Program-made: the position numbers and the translations under genes | Assembly: GCF_009914755.1 (NCBI RefSeq) | Contig: NC_060931.1 | Length of the DNA: 64,000 bases | Direction: 5' to 3' (one strand) | DNA from: the human T2T-CHM13v2.0 reference genome, Homo sapiens | In this document: piece after piece, positions 17,521 through 41,270 of the stretch | Layout of the letters: every line of letters starts with the position of its first letter | How positions within the stretch are numbered: the stretch's first letter is position 1 | Notes under the pieces: generated by a model | Databases searched by the model: none | What the model saw: the letters and a program-made list of their open reading frames with translations, nothing else | What the model was told of the DNA's origin: nothing

Positions 17521-17872
17521 TGCCATGGTCCGAATGTTTGTCTCTCTCCCCCCACCCAATTCATATGCTGAAATCCTAACCCCTAAGGTGATGGCATATA
17601 GTATTAGGAGGTAAGGCCTTTGAGAGGGCACATGAATTGGATTCATGCCCTTATAAAAGAGTCAGAGAGATCCCTTGCTCCTTCAACCATATGAAATTAT
17701 AGTGAAAAGATGGCTGTCTGTGAACCAGAAAGTGGGCATTCATCAGACACTGAATATACTGGAGCTTTGATCTTACACTTTCCAGCCTCTAGGACTGTGA
17801 GAAGTAAATTTCTGTTTATAAGTTACCTAATTCATGGTATTTTGTTATAGCAGCATGGACAGATTAAGAAGC
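17521..17872 (+). mobile_element. MSTD/MLT1A-like LTR
   Basis: TGCCATGGTCCGAATGTTTGT...GGTATTTTGTTATAGCAGC. Confidence 0.8.
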
Positions 17873-19069
17873 ATGCATATTAATCTTGAAGTCGAAAGTT
17901 ACTTTGGGTCAAGACAGAACCTGTAATTCCATTTACCTTTTCCCAATTTTTATGCTGTTGTCTAGAGATTTAGTTCTGTTTTGATTTCTTGTAATCCCAC
18001 AATTTACGTTCTTGTAACTCTGCCTAGACATTATTATTGCTTTATGCAGTTAATATTTGCTTGAAATTACCCATATATTTATCATTTTCGTTACTTAATA
18101 TTTTTACAGCTTCATCAGTTCATGTTTGTTTTTCTGAGTGTTTATTTCATTCGAGTTCTCAAAGCATAGTTTTATTATCTTTCTGTGGTATAGAATTCTA
18201 AGTGGATGGTTAATTTCTTCCAAAACTAATGTAATGATAATATTTTACTCTTGTAATGTCTGCTTTGTTTTAAATTGTGATTTTGCTGTAGGCTTACATG
18301 TCTCATTATTTGCTTGATCCTCAGTTGTAACAGGATGGTAGTGATGGCTGCAGGACAGTGTGAATGTACCTAATGCCACTAAACCGTACACTTAAAAATT
18401 GTTTAAATGATAAATTTTATGTAGTATGTTTATTACCACAGTTAATAAGTAAAACAAAGTTTAAGCTGGTTAAAGTGGCAATGTTACTTGTGCCAAACGC
18501 ACCTTGATTTACTAATCCAGCCATTCTGCATCCTGAACCCAGAATGGTCCACCTAAAATATCAGACTGATCACTCTCCATCCAGTGATTTCCTCTGGCAT
18601 CACTGTTAAGTCCAAACTCCTTGGCATGGCATATAAGAAAGACATTCCAGGTTCTGGCCATGGCTTACCTTTACCTTTAATGCTGTCCCTCCCCAACACT
18701 TTATTATAACCTTCACTGAGATCTTGGTTAATGTATAGTCAGATTTGTTGTACTCAGGAACCAGCAGAATCCCCATATTTGCTCTCTTAAAAGAGCATTT
18801 GTGGTACAAAAAGCCAGGTGCATGACCTTTGAGCAACCCCTCTGTAGCCAAAGAGAAAGCCCAAAGCAATACCAGAGCACATTTTTCTGGTAATATAGCA
18901 AATCAGACATTCAGAGAAATCACTCCCTGTACAGTCCATCTAAAAAAGTTGGATTAAATATTTTTAAAAATATATGGCTAAATCAATAAAAGATTTCAAA
19001 AATTACATAGAAACCAGAAAGGACAAGGATCTACAAATCCACAAAAGTATATGTTAGTACTAGAGCTAA

Positions 19070-19319
19070 TGTTGGAGAGTTCCCTGAACCTCCTTGCAGG
19101 ACTTGTGACAAGGGTGGGCTTGGCTTGTCTTTTGGCTGGGGTTTGGGGTTTATAAGGGTACAGGATGGAGGGTGTGGCAGGCCAAAAGGCAACATTTGGG
19201 TATGGAAACAGGAATGCCTGTTCCCATTTAGGGCTGTAGGTTTTCAGGCTTGAGGCTGGGGCCTTTGCCAGGGAACTGTCCTCTTCTGTCTCGTATTTTC
19301 CTGCCTCCTGTCCATATTA
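19070..19319 (-). mobile_element. Internally deleted LTR27-like ERV1 LTR
   Basis: Shares both termini with the 13714-14814 element (GGCCAAAAGGCAACATTTGGGT, CAGGCTTGAGG). Confidence 0.7.
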
Positions 19320-21556
19320 TTTTCCCTATGGCCATTGCTTTGGGTACGTATTTTTCCATCCTCATGTTGATCTCATTCTGGTGATCTCTAATTGAAGGAG
19401 AGACTGTGTCAGATTACTTTAGTCTCCCTCACTTAACTTTTTATTGCTGGCAGCTTCTTGTTTCTGAGTCTGGTCCTGAAAGTCAGAGGGATGTACACAT
19501 TTCCTGGTTCACTCAATTCCCAAAGGCTAACAGGCATTCATCATATGTGACTCTGCTGGGTGGAAATTGGGTCTTCCGAGACTCAGATTTTAAAAGGTCT
19601 GTGAGTGAGTTGAAGAATTAGGAGCAGTTTACAGTTCTTTGAACTTGAAATTCAACCTTCTTTCTTTCTTCTGCTCAGAGTTTTTCCTGTCTTGTACTCT
19701 GTTTTACAGAGTCCTCCTTGGGCAGTTACACACCATTCAAACCACTGCCCTCCTGACTCCTCCCTCTCTCCCCTTGCAAGAGCTGTGACTTCTGAATGGA
19801 AGTGGGAGAAGATCTTGTCAGGGAGGGGTAGAAGGAAGGGAGGAAATCTAGTCCTGTAAGACTTTGGGGTCTCCATGCAGTGGGATGTCTGGCAGTCTTT
19901 TTTTCTGGTAGATATAGCTCTTGTATTTTATAATTAAGCTCAGGCAGTGGGGATGGACAAAGTATTTTCCACATCTTCTTTGTGGTTCATGCTCCTGTTT
20001 TACATTGCTCGTTTGCTCACTTGGCCATTTATTCATTCCTTTGATAGGATTTCCGAGTAAAGCAGTATACTCTTGGTCGATTGTACTTCTTGGTCAATAC
20101 CCATTGATCATGCAGTTCGTGGAAGTTTGACTCAGAGTTTGAGATATGGTCTCTGATTTTCAGTTGATATAGTTATTACCAATTTTTTTAGTGTGTTTCT
20201 TTACATACATTTTGTTGTAAAACAGCTGGCTGTCTTGTTTACTCAGCAGTCTGAAGCAAGTCATTAGACAGCTAGCAATATTTTTGACTAGACTAGAATG
20301 TGAGTAACATTTTGCATGGTTAATGCATGGTTGATGCTGGTTTTATACAGGACTTAGCACCTTGCTTTGTGCCCATTGACATTGTGAGAGGTGGTAGAGA
20401 AGTAGGATAAAGAGGCAGGAAGTAGATTGGTTAATTCCGTGAATTTGGAGAAAGTGACTTGTCTAATTTTGTTTGTCTAGGGCCTACCACAGTGCCTGGC
20501 CAATTTTGGGCCCTCAAAAGATGTTGGTTGAATGAATTAAATAGTGAACAAACAAATGACTGAGTGTTAAAAGAAGTTTGTTCTTCAATGGGGAGGAAGT
20601 AGTAAGCCTTGTGATGATGCAGGCAGGCTATATTGAAAGTCAAATAATTTTTAGTTGGCAGTTTAGGGAGTGATTCTTTCTGGATGTTGAATGTGATGGC
20701 TTCTATTTTGTGTAAACATTAAAATGAGCGAGCAAATAGAATATTTTAAAGACCCATACTGAATAATGTTTTATTTATTTTTACATTTATTCTTGCTCCC
20801 CAGTGCTCTAGAGAGTTGTAAAGAGGTGTGACCTCACATCCCATGACTTAATTCTCCCTTAGGACATTATTTAGATGTGTTTTATGATATTTGTTTTATG
20901 TGGAGAGATGCTTTTTGTTAGAGTTGTCTGAATTCTTTTGCAGGGTGTTTTTTCATTTTCAAAATGCAACACCAAATGAAGTTGCTTCAGAAATTCTTCT
21001 TGTACAGTAGTGTTATTTACACTCAAATCAAAATGGTTTGTGGCAGTTATGCAGTTATATTTGTAACTTTCCTAAAACATATAAATGTGTCACTGTATCA
21101 TTAATTTAGATGACTCAAGATGACACTAAAGGCTGTAAATTGCCTTCTTTGTCAGTGATTGAGATCCAAATGATAAATTCTTAGTGCAGTTTGTTTATAA
21201 GCTCTCAAAAAGGCAGTAATCTTCTCTTCTAAACCTTATCTTCTAAGGATGCTAGTTAGCATCCTTCTTTAGGAAAAAAACTGTGGTTTTCACATGTATA
21301 GCATTACAAAAAAAACCTCTTGAAATTAAGATGTTTTCTGACTGAAGTGCATCACGCACTAGGTGATCATACCCATTCACAGAGGAGTTACAACACATTT
21401 TTTATTATTCACTGTCATTGTTCACACTGAAGAAAAGGGCAGTATTCTGAGAGTTCTCAGGTGAAGTCTGACGCTCCCAGACCTAGGGGAATGTCTTTAC
21501 CTAGAGAGTGCTGCTGAGTGGTTAATGTTGAAAAAGAAGTCCCTTTCTTGTAATGT

Positions 21557-21768
21557 CTTGGTTCTCCACCAGGGGCGGTTTTGTCCCCTAGGAGACATTT
21601 TGCAATGTCTGCAGGCATTTTTGGTTGTCACAGCTGGGGGATAGGAAGGCACTTAGTGGGTTAAAGCCAGAGATGGTGCTAAACATGATACAGTGCTAAG
21701 GACAGCCTCCCACAACAAAGAATTACCTGATCCCAAATGCTTAGAGTGGAGAGATTGAGAAACCTTGG
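21557..21768. mobile_element. MER20 (hAT-Charlie)
   Basis: TGGTTCTC...GCAATGTCTG...TTTTGGTTGTCAC...CAACAAAGAATTA...TTGAGAAACC. Confidence 0.85.
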
Positions 21769-22228
21769 TCCAATGTAATATGAGATTTCCCCCCTAAATT
21801 AGTAGATTGAGGGGAGACTTTATTATTCCGTTCTGTTTTTCATATTGTGAATAAGAAGCAGTAGAGAAAAAAGCAGTCATTTCTTATCACTGCTAGGCTA
21901 CCCTTCTTGATTCTGAAAACCATAGGACCATAGGGCATTCAATTAAAAAGAAAACAAACACAGATCCTTAAATCCATCAACAACAAAACCAAAACCTTCC
22001 CTGACTATTCTCTAGTAGATACTTTGAGGCTCAAATTTATTTACAAAGTAATGGAGGAGAGTAAAATTGTTTGACGTCTGTTTTACCCAAGTGAGGCCAT
22101 CTGTATTCAGTGATGGAAATAGGATCTGACAAGAGGGGAGGTTCTGTTCTAAAATTTTCTTAGGTGAAGTTGTTAGTTTTCAAGATGACTTTATCATATG
22201 GATATGGGAAGTGATTCTGTAGAGACAG

Positions 22229-22818
<590 letters not shown>

Positions 22819-23638
22819 TTCTAGAAAATTAGTAATTCTGGATTATGTAATGCTTGCTATGCTAGCAGGATTTACTGTTATAGTAACAGCAATGATTCCA
22901 GACAGTTCCTGGTAGTAGATATCTTACATGCTAATGATGAGTAGCTGGCAGTTGAGATTATCAAATGATGCCTCTGGCCTGCTCTCCATGGCAGACAGAG
23001 CCAGCCATTAAAAGTCATCCAGTCGTGGGAATAAACTAGACTGCCCCTTCCCCCAGTACTCTTTTCACCTAGGATTTCCTGTATTGCGTTTAAGGATTTC
23101 ATGTTTGAAATCCACGTGTCTCATTTGGAAAAAGCTTTTCCTGCCTTTAATTTAGTATAAAGTAAAATAAGAAAATGATTGAAATTATGAGGATCAAGAA
23201 AAAATAAAATAAATTAAATGAAAAGTTTCAGTTTGGCTCCTGTTGAACCCTATACAGTGAAGTTCTCTGGAACCCTCTGCATTCCTCCAGAGTCCTCCCT
23301 GGCTTGATGCTCTATAATTGATTTGTAGCTCACCATCTTCCAACTTCCTAAGTATTTTAGCTGTGCTGTTTTGGCTAAAAGTAATAACATTTAAATTCTC
23401 AGTTGGCTGAAAGCATCTATAAGGTTATATTAGAGAAGTTTTATTAACTCATATAACTTCCCTTTTTAATGGATGCTATATATGTGTATGATGTGACATT
23501 ACATTTAGGGGACGAATGAAAAGATTAGGAGTGTTAAATTAGAGGACAGGCTCTTTTTTATGTATTTTAATTTAAAAAATATTTTTGTAGGTATATAGTA
23601 AGTGTATATATTTAGGACAGTCTCTCTCTCTCTCTCTC

Positions 23639-23935
<297 letters not shown>

Positions 23936-24108
23936 AGGACAGGCTCTCTTAAAAGTGAGGTTACCGCCACTACTTTTATTCTTCTGTATACACCATTGTA
24001 AAAGCTGCGTGGTTCTGAGGGTGGAAGTGGAGTGGAAATACGAGTTGAAGGAGAAAAAAGAACAATGTAAAGTCTCTTGCTGTTAGTAAAGAACTTGTTC
24101 ATGTATTT

Positions 24109-30581
<6,473 letters not shown>

Positions 30582-33319
30582 TTCATGTATTTTTAAAATG
30601 GTTAATGGTGAGTGTTAAAATGTTATGGTGTTTAGATTTTGTTGAATCAATTTAAAAGAAAGATATAATGATTTTGTTTCAACATGTAAATATTTATAGT
30701 ATGCTAGAAACTATGTCCTTTATAATTTTCAGTGGAAAGTTTTAGATGTGAAATTAAAAAGTACATAATTTTCTCAAAAAAATTTAAAGAAGTGTGTGAG
30801 TGCTTTGAAAAAGCCTTTTTTGCCTGTAGCCCAAACTAGAAAATAGATTTCTTATTATAACCCAGCACAGGCACCCAAATGCGAAAGTTTATAAAGCATT
30901 AGTTACCATGTATAAAGCTCTCAATCTTTTTGCCTTCTTTCCCTCTTCCCCTACTTTTTTTTTCTTCCTATTTCATTCCATTAAAAAAAAAAAAGTCTGG
31001 TCTTGACCTGCTAAATTGTTTACTTCCACTCAAGGGTTGGAACTTGCAGTTTGAAGCAAACACCTAAATCTAAGATAGTTTTTTCTTTCTTTGTTTTTCT
31101 TTCATTTTTTAAAAGTCTGAGCATAAATAAGAGAGGTGGAAGTAAAATTTATGTTAATCAATTTAATTAATTAGTTTCCAAGCTGTTCTGTGGAGCTGAA
31201 AAGTGACATCAGTTTAAATGTCTTCTCTTGCTTATCCTCTCAGGCATCTGTACCTCTTCCCCATTACACCAATATCAAAAACTACAAAATAAAAAACCTA
31301 GGTGGGACGGAAGAACAGGGGGAGAGTCTTTATGTAATACTAATTAGTAGTCTAACTGATACTAAAGGATAAATTTTAAAAGAGGATTAAATCAGGTCTC
31401 TACTATAAATCTAAAATCTGTTAAATACTGAACTTGTTAATTAAGGAGAGAACTAGTGAGATACTGCAACTGGTTCAAAAGAGAACTCAAAGCCTCATCA
31501 CACACTGATGGGCAAATAAGGAATGTGAAATTTATAAATGGATGCAAAATTGGTTAGTATCCCCGGGGCAATAACGAATGCATTTTACCAGAAGCATTTT
31601 TATGGATAGGAATTACATGCATGACTATCAGTTTTCTACAACTGATCTCCTATTCCTACAGATTTATAAAATAGCCTAGTCAAAACAAGCAAAGGTGGGA
31701 ATAACCTGAATGGGTGAGCTAGCCAGGAAATCTACTGAATTCTAAAGTCTTAAACAATTTTTCCTTCTACTGATTAGATTTAGGCTATTAATTCCTAACC
31801 TAGGTCTAAAACACTTTGCCACCTGAAGGCCAAGTCCAGTTTTAGAGGATTTCTACCATCTGCACAGTATTTGTAAACATCGTGAATTTCTTGCTATTAT
31901 TTAAAACCTAGATTTTTACATAATAGCTGGATTTCCAGTTTGTCTTGGAAAATCAGATTGAAATGGAATTTACTGTTATTTTCTTCTCTTAAGATAAAGT
32001 CCCCTACTTTTCCTTTTCTTATTCATAATACCACTTTTCCATATCATTTCTGTACATCCCTTCTTTTCTCATTCAAACTTCACCCATCTTAATCCAGTCC
32101 CGTTTCAGTACAACTGTCTTAACTTCTTGGCTCCAGGCTCTTCTCAGTCTCTCTAGCATGCTATTTTACATTTAATCTCTCTTAAATACTTTGCTCAAGA
32201 CTCCAGACTGCCCAGTAATGTCCAACAAATCCTGTTTTGCCACTCTGAATATGCTGACACTTTCCTGACCCTTACAACTCTTCAGTAATTTATTTCTTCC
32301 CTTCTTTTGCAGTCTTGATTTCTGTTGCTTATCTACATGGTTCCTTCCTCTAGTGAGGTTAATCTCTTTGCTTTCCTCTATACCCACTATGCTTTTTGTT
32401 CATGTTGATCCTTCCTACAGGAAAGGCCTTCCTTCTCTTCTTTGTTTATACACATCAGATGAAGTTAAACTCAAGGCTACCTAGTCTGCGCAGCCTACCA
32501 GAGTTCTAATTCACATTGATCTTTCTGGAATGTTTTATGCTTTCTAGCGTTGTTTTAGGTTGTGTATTCTTATCACTCAAGATTAAAGCTACCAAAAGCA
32601 TGGCCTACCTTCCTCTGTACTGTATTGGTATCTCTGAGGAGAAATTAGTAAACTTGTTGTCTAAATTTTTATATTTGCATAATCATGCATTTCACTGTAC
32701 AAAAGGAGGAAGGTTAAACATCGTTCAGGATTTTAATTTTTCAGCACTGTGAAATTTACATATTTATTGTATTTGGAATAAAATGTGTGTGGGTGATATA
32801 TAGATATATATATATATACTCACACACACACATTCATACACATGTATTTACATTATTCTGTCTATAGACAGTAGCTGCATCAATCACACAGGAATTTTAG
32901 TCTATTTGATATATTTACATTAACTAGTAGTCTGTTGAAATTCAAAGGAGATAATCAAATTGAGAAAACCATGTTGCCTAATCCTTTTGTCATGGATAAT
33001 ATTACTTAAAAGGGAAGCCTTGGAGTAATAGGAAAAAAGAAATATATTCTAGTGCTCTCCTACCTCTATTCTGAACAATAGGATCTGCCCTGCTAAGCAA
33101 TTAGGCAGGCCCTTTTATACGCAGTCTGTGTATACCATTAAAAGTCAATACAGTGTCCTTTTATTTTCTAGTTTTGTGTGATGCATGCAGAAAAGAAACA
33201 TTTTGCTTTTTATATAAAGACTGTCCCTGTAACACAAAGTGGGTTAAGAGATTTGAGACAATTTTCCCAATAATTGTGAACTAAAACTTACATGTGACAT
33301 CTAATTGTGTTAATAAATT

Positions 33320-34590
<1,271 letters not shown>

Positions 34591-34603
34591 TTGGACAGAT
34601 GAA

Positions 34604-34911
<308 letters not shown>

Positions 34912-35734
34912 GACAGGTGAATTCTTTATCCCCCACCTGTATAGAGGTAGCTCCAGGATCCCTGAGTATTAAGATGCATTATAGGTTGGGTTCTAGCTCA
35001 GATAGGTAAGTTGCCACTAGCTAATAATGGGTTTTTGAGAATAAAATTTGGTATGTTTCCTGTTTATAAATGTAAAATTTGCTCATTGTAGACAATTGAA
35101 AAAAATACTGAAAACTACAGAGAAGGAAATGAGACTGGAGTATTCTTGGGAACTCCAGGCGGAAGTCCAGCTGTCAAGGCCATGCATATCAGAAGCAAGA
35201 GTGCTTAGAGCTTACCGCATACTAGGCTTGGGGCAGCAGGATTATACAGGTCCCTTCCACTTAAATTACTCTTAATTCTGCTAAGGATTGCCTCAGAAAT
35301 ATGATGGGCAGAGGTTGCAGTTTTTTTTCCCTAAATGTAAGTTCACTGCTACACCTACAGTTTTGGATCATTGTCTGGCCTATCCACTTAATGAATGTTT
35401 ATATTATAAAAGTATGAAGTAAGTGAAGGTCTTCATAGATGTTGTGCAGGTAGTAAATGTCTTCACAGCATAGAGCTGAGCAAGGCTTGGGAAAGTAGGG
35501 ACTGACAAAGACAGAAATGGAATTAATCAAATGTATTTGACTAACATTGAGAAATATTATATTAAAGAAAGTCCAACACAGACGTCCTAAGTGTTAAGTG
35601 TTTCTGGTCTCTGCTGCTTTACTGATGAAAAGCATTCAGTTTTGGTGCCAATAGAATTTGGTTTAAGATTGTGCTCTACTCTACTAGCTATGTAAACTTG
35701 GACCAATACTTAACCTAGTTTTTCACTTCAGTTC

Positions 35735-36016
35735 TTTTTTGTTCATTTAACACAGGGTCTTGCTCTGTCACCCAGGCTGCAGTGCAGTGGCTCACTTTCA
35801 CCCCCGCCTTCTGGGCTCAAGCAGTCCTCCAACCTCAGCCTCCCGATTAGCTGGGACCACAGGCACACACCACCACAGCTGGCTAATTTTTTTTTTTGTA
35901 GAGACACGATTTCGTCATGTTGCCCAGGCTGGTCTCAACTCTTGGGCTCAAGCAATTTGCCTGCCTCGGTCTCCCAAAGTGCTGGGATTACAGGTGTAAG
36001 CCACCATGCCTGGTCC
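35735..36016 (-). mobile_element. AluJ-like with internal deletion, inside MIR remnants
   Basis: Antisense Alu blocks. Confidence 0.85.
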
Positions 36017-36099
36017 TACTTTACTTCTTTTACTTACACAATGTGAATAATTGTGTATACCTGTGGGGCTACTGTAAGGATTATAGGAGATAGAGCATA

Positions 36100-37051
36100 C
36101 AGTAGTCCCCCTTCTTATCTATGGTTTTGATTTTTTTACTGTTTCAGTTACTTATGGCAACTAAGTAAAAAAATTTATGAGTACAGTACTATAAGGTTTT
36201 AAGAGAGGGAGAGAGAGGGGGACCATATTCACATAACTTTTATTACTATATATTGTTATAGTTCTATTTTATTATTAGTTATTGCTAATCTCTTAGTGTG
36301 CCTAATTTATAAATTAAACTTTATCATAGATGTGTACATACAGTAAGTTCTCACTTAGCATCATGGATGGGTTCTTAGAAACTGACTTTAAGTGAAACAA
36401 CATGTAATGAAACCAGTTTTACCATAGGCTAATTGATATAAGCAAGAGTTCATTTCTTATGGCATATTTCTGGTCCTAAAAACATCACCAACTTCTAAAT
36501 AAAGATAAAAACTTTTCTAATGTTAAACATTGAAATGAATGTTAGTGATACATACATTTAAGAAATATTAATAAAACAAGTAAGATAATTATTTACCCAA
36601 TTATTCTAGTTAAGTGCTACAGCTGGCCAGAGGCTCTTCTGGCAGCTTAAGCCCTCAAGGCCTCAGGAGGAACCAGCTCTGGACAGGAAACCACTCTATT
36701 GCAGGGCACTCACACACCCACCCACACTCACTCAGAAAGGAACCATGTAGACATGCCAGTCCACCTAATGGACATAGCTTTGGGATGTGGGAAGAAACTG
36801 GAGTACTGGGGAGAAAACCCACACAGACGTAGGGAGAATGGGCCAACTCTACACATATATAGACAGTGGCCCCAGCTGGGAATCAAGTTTTTTTTTTTTT
36901 CTCATCAGTATTAAAATGAAGCAACATTACTTGGGGGAACCTTTTGTATAGGAAAAAACATACTGTATATAGGGTTTAGTACTATTGTTGGTTTCAGGTG
37001 TCTACTTGGGATCTTGGAACATGTCCCCCATGGATAAGGAGGAAACGATTG
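36100..37051. mobile_element. MER44A (Tigger7-derived) with MER82 (36341-36946) nested at a TA
   Basis: CAGTAGTCCCCC...GGATAAGG termini; CAGTAAGTTCTCACTTA...GGGTTCTTAGAAACTG MER82 start; TA duplications. Confidence 0.78.
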
Positions 37052-38179
37052 TATACGGTATTTTGATATAGGGTCTGACACACTGTAGGAACTCAGTAAA
37101 TGTTAGTGGCATTTGTAGTTATTCCCCTTCGCCTTTCCAGTTACTAGTCTTAGGCAGGGTAACTAAATCTTGCTGTACCCCTCATAGAGGGGAAATCTAA
37201 GAATGGTATTTGCCAGTCCTTTTCTCCACTGTAGGTTACGTTTTTATACCACTGTGTGTTTTTGAGTGATATGAAAAGAATATCATGGGATTAAGATAAG
37301 CTGATGGCAGATTTTAGTGCTTTAGCATATGTTCTTTTCAGGCATGGAGGGGATTACTCAAGATACATGGTTAGACTGACCTTAGGTACCTAGTGGCATG
37401 AGTCTTTAGCATCAGCAGCAGTATTGATCATACAAGGGAATCCCAAGACTCTTATTGTAAACTAGGAAGCATGTTCCCACAGAACAACATCTTGAGGTGG
37501 ACTGTAGTTGGGGAAGGAGTTAAGTTGGTGGTCAGATTGGTGGAGTGATAGACACGAGGGTGACTGATGCCTTTGTAATAATTTCGGAACTGTCTGAAAT
37601 TATCCAAAGCAAATCTTTGTTGCCATTCTCAGTTCTTTTCTATAGTCTCTGCCTCCTTTGCCTTATTCCTGACCTGTTTTTTTCCATGCCTACACGTTTC
37701 TTGACTTTTGGAGCCTAAATTATCCCTCCTTCTATAATATATTTGGGATATTATAATGTTCTGATGTTTGGAAGTGACAGATTATAATGTTATGCTTTGC
37801 CAGTAAGTCATGCTATGTAACAGACTGCTGCAGCCAGTGTGTTTAAATTTGATGTTTTAGGTCATTAAAAATTTTAACGTTTCACTTAATTACTTGTTAT
37901 AAATTCCATACACAATACTTGGGTTAAAAACAGGTTGTTTGTTTTCTTATACTACACTTGAGTTTAGTCTGGCTTTTATAACAACTTAAACTTTTGGGGT
38001 TGGAGAATGACTTATTAAAACTACTTTTGTGATATCCGTGTTTGTTCCATTTCTGACTTGTGGCCAGACATCAAAAGGCATTGGAAATTTGAGTCCTTCT
38101 GTTAAAAGACTGTTATTCATATGTTAGAAGAGGAGCCACTTCGTAAAGGGTCTCTCTATATATACAAAAGTTCTTGTAG

Positions 38180-39450
38180 CACTCTAATGGCATGTGGCAC
38201 AGTGAACAAGGCAAGTCACATGGCCACATCTAACTCCAGGGAGGGAAGAGAAAACTGTCCTATTATGTCTCCATAAAACAGAGCTGGTAAACAGCCCTAA
38301 CGATTCGGTGGTTCTCATTTGTGTTCACCATATATTCAGATCTGTCTCTCTACTACTATAGGCAAAGTAACTCACCCCTCCCCAAGGCAGTCTGTCTCAT
38401 TGCCCCATTCAGATATAGCATCATGCTCAAAGTTCAGTGCCTCTGGCTGATACACAAGAGTCTGTTCATCATGTTCAGATGTGGTACTCTTGGTCTGGAG
38501 ACTTCATGAACTAAAAAGACAAGTAATCTGCCCCTCCTTTCCCCTTACACCCTGGTGGAACTGGTAAGCATAATTGCCAAAACCACTCCCATTTACAAAG
38601 GCGAACAAAGGGAGAGAGAGAACAGTCAAAAGTTGTAGCAATTCTGCAATTCCACAGTAGAATTTTGGGGGACCCCTATCTTGGGCCCAAGAATGTTCCT
38701 TAATTATGTCCAGATTCTGCTTCCTGGGAGAGGCTCCTCCATCCATTGTCTTCCATGCCATTGGCTTCACCCTGTTGGAATTTTTTCCTTTTCGGTAACT
38801 TCCTTGGCTACAACGGAAATGGGCACTGGGCCTCCTTGGGGGCTGAACAGTTTTCTCTGGCAGCTTCTTATCTGTAGAAAATTGGTGTCTAAGGGTTGTT
38901 TTAAGCATTCAATAATCATATTACTCTTTGAATTGAGACCAGATTATTTTTGCAGTACAACTCTCAAAAATTTTGTTGGTTTCTTATCTACTTAACTTTA
39001 GTCAGCTTCGTGTGTCAATAGCCAGACCTAAAATTTTTGCTAGATGTAATTCTTAGATTTCCTGTATTTCTTATCTTTTTCACCTTTGTGCATGCCCCCC
39101 TTTTCTCTTTATTTATTTGAGGATATCTTGGCTCCACAAGGCTTCAGTTGGAGACCCACACCCTTAGTCTCTTTTTTCTGAACCGTTTTATCCCAAGAGA
39201 AAGAATTTACTGAGTGCCACATTAGTCTACACTGAGGTTTTAATATCAGCTATATACCCTTTATTTGATCCTTAGCTGAGGCTGAGTTTTAATTAGCTGT
39301 TGTTCCTTAAAGGCCTTCTCAGTTTTGTTTTTAACTGTTCGAGGTTGAAAAGTAGTTGCCTTTTCCAATTGTGTAAGTCATTTAATTTGAAATCTATTGT
39401 CTTACATTTCTGCTTGCAAACCAATTCTTTTCTGACCTCATTTTTTCCTT
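38180..39450. mobile_element. Old MLT1 LTR/internal-like remnant
   Basis: CAAGTCACATGGCCACATCTAAC and MaLR-int-like stretches; highly diverged. Confidence 0.45.
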
Positions 39451-40277
39451 GTGGGGGTTTCCCTTTATCTTATTCAGTTACTTTTTTTCATTTGATTCCT
39501 TGTCTTTTCATCCTTTTCTTTTGCTTTTTCATCTAATCTTGTTTTTCACCAGTTTCATTAGAGGCCATCTCTCCTTGCTCTCTATAGAGAGTGCCAAACT
39601 GTTTTCAAACTTTTCTTTTGTATCTATTACTATATCCAGTAAGCACTTTCTTTAAGGATTTCAGAAGCTGTTCCTTTTTTCTAATTAGAATGTTTTCTTC
39701 TTCACATGACTTGTGTTTTTCTTCTCCATTTTGAATTCCTTTTTTAAAAGTGAAATCTTCCAGATATGTTTTCTAGCAACCAATAGATTCCTTTTACCAT
39801 TCACTTATGTTGGGGTTCATATCCTTCTCTGATCTACAACTCAGGTCAGGCCAACCAGCACAAATCCCAGTATAATTTTCAGTTGCTAGAAGGCTTTCAC
39901 TCAGATTAAATCCTCACCCTCCCTTCTTGGTTTTCTGCTATGGGTGAAATATATGAAAACTAAAACTTGGAGCACTTGCTGCCACCAGGATTATTCTTTG
40001 CTTTCTCTTTTATTTTTTTGGCTTGTAAGGAACTGTCCTCAGAATCCTATGTGTCCTTGCAAGTACCCTTCAACTTTCTCCCCAGTTGTTTTCTAGAAAT
40101 TGTTGGCCTACTTGAATGTATAACAATGGGAATAGTAGGAAAAGAGGGTTGTGTATGTGTGCTTGTATTTGTGTGCGTGTGAGCATGTGTGTATGAGGGA
40201 TGGTCACAATAATCTCACCAACGCAAGGATTTGCACTGATGGGAATTTAAAGTTGGCTGCAATTTTATAATGGGTAC

Positions 40278-40617
40278 TGATATGGTTTGGTTCTTTGTCC
40301 CCACCCAAATCTCACTTTGAATTGTATTAATGCCCATGTGTCGAGGGCAGGACCAGGTGTAGATAATTAAATCATGGGAGCCATTTCATGTTGTTCTCGT
40401 GATAGTGAGTGAGTTCTCATGAGATCTGATGGTTTTATAAGGGGCTTGGCACTCATTCTCTCCCTGTCGTCCTGTGAGGAGGTGACTTCCCCTATGCTTT
40501 TAAGTTTCCTGAGGCCTCCCCAGCCATGTGAAACTGTGAGTCAATTAAATCTCCTTTCTTTATAAATCACTCAGTCGAGGATATTTCTTCATAGCAGTGT
40601 GAGAATGGACTAATACA
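40278..40617 (+). mobile_element. THE1C-like solo LTR
   Basis: TGATATGGTTTGG...GGACTAATACA; TSD GGTAC at 40273 and 40618. Confidence 0.92.
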
Positions 40618-41087
40618 GGTACAGTGCTTGAGTGTCTCAATTAGGTAACCATCAGTAGGGGATGTTTGACGTGTTTTCTTTTCTCCAGTGGCCTTAGTCT
40701 TATGAGGCTTAAGGTAGTCACAACATGACAAGAAACCTGGACAGGTCTGTTTATTTTATTTTTTCCTATCACCCAAACCAGTGTCTGTTTTATGGTTAGC
40801 AAGATCCTTCCAGATTCTCGTGTTATCTGTTGATTTGAGTTTTGTATGTAGGGATTTCCTGGGTTATTTTCTGAATCTTCAGAACTTGAGAGAGGTTGCA
40901 CTGTGAACTTCAAAGGATACAGGAGTTTAAATTGGAAGATCATTTTCTAGCTTTGTCGGCTGACATCTAGAGAAGGCTCATGGTTTTACATGTGGCCATA
41001 GAATTCCTAAGAGTAACTATTGTTATATCGTTATGCTGAACTTTTTGCTAAAAAGGGTAAGAGTTTTACAGTTGCATCTGAATTTGA

Positions 41088-41270
<183 letters not shown>

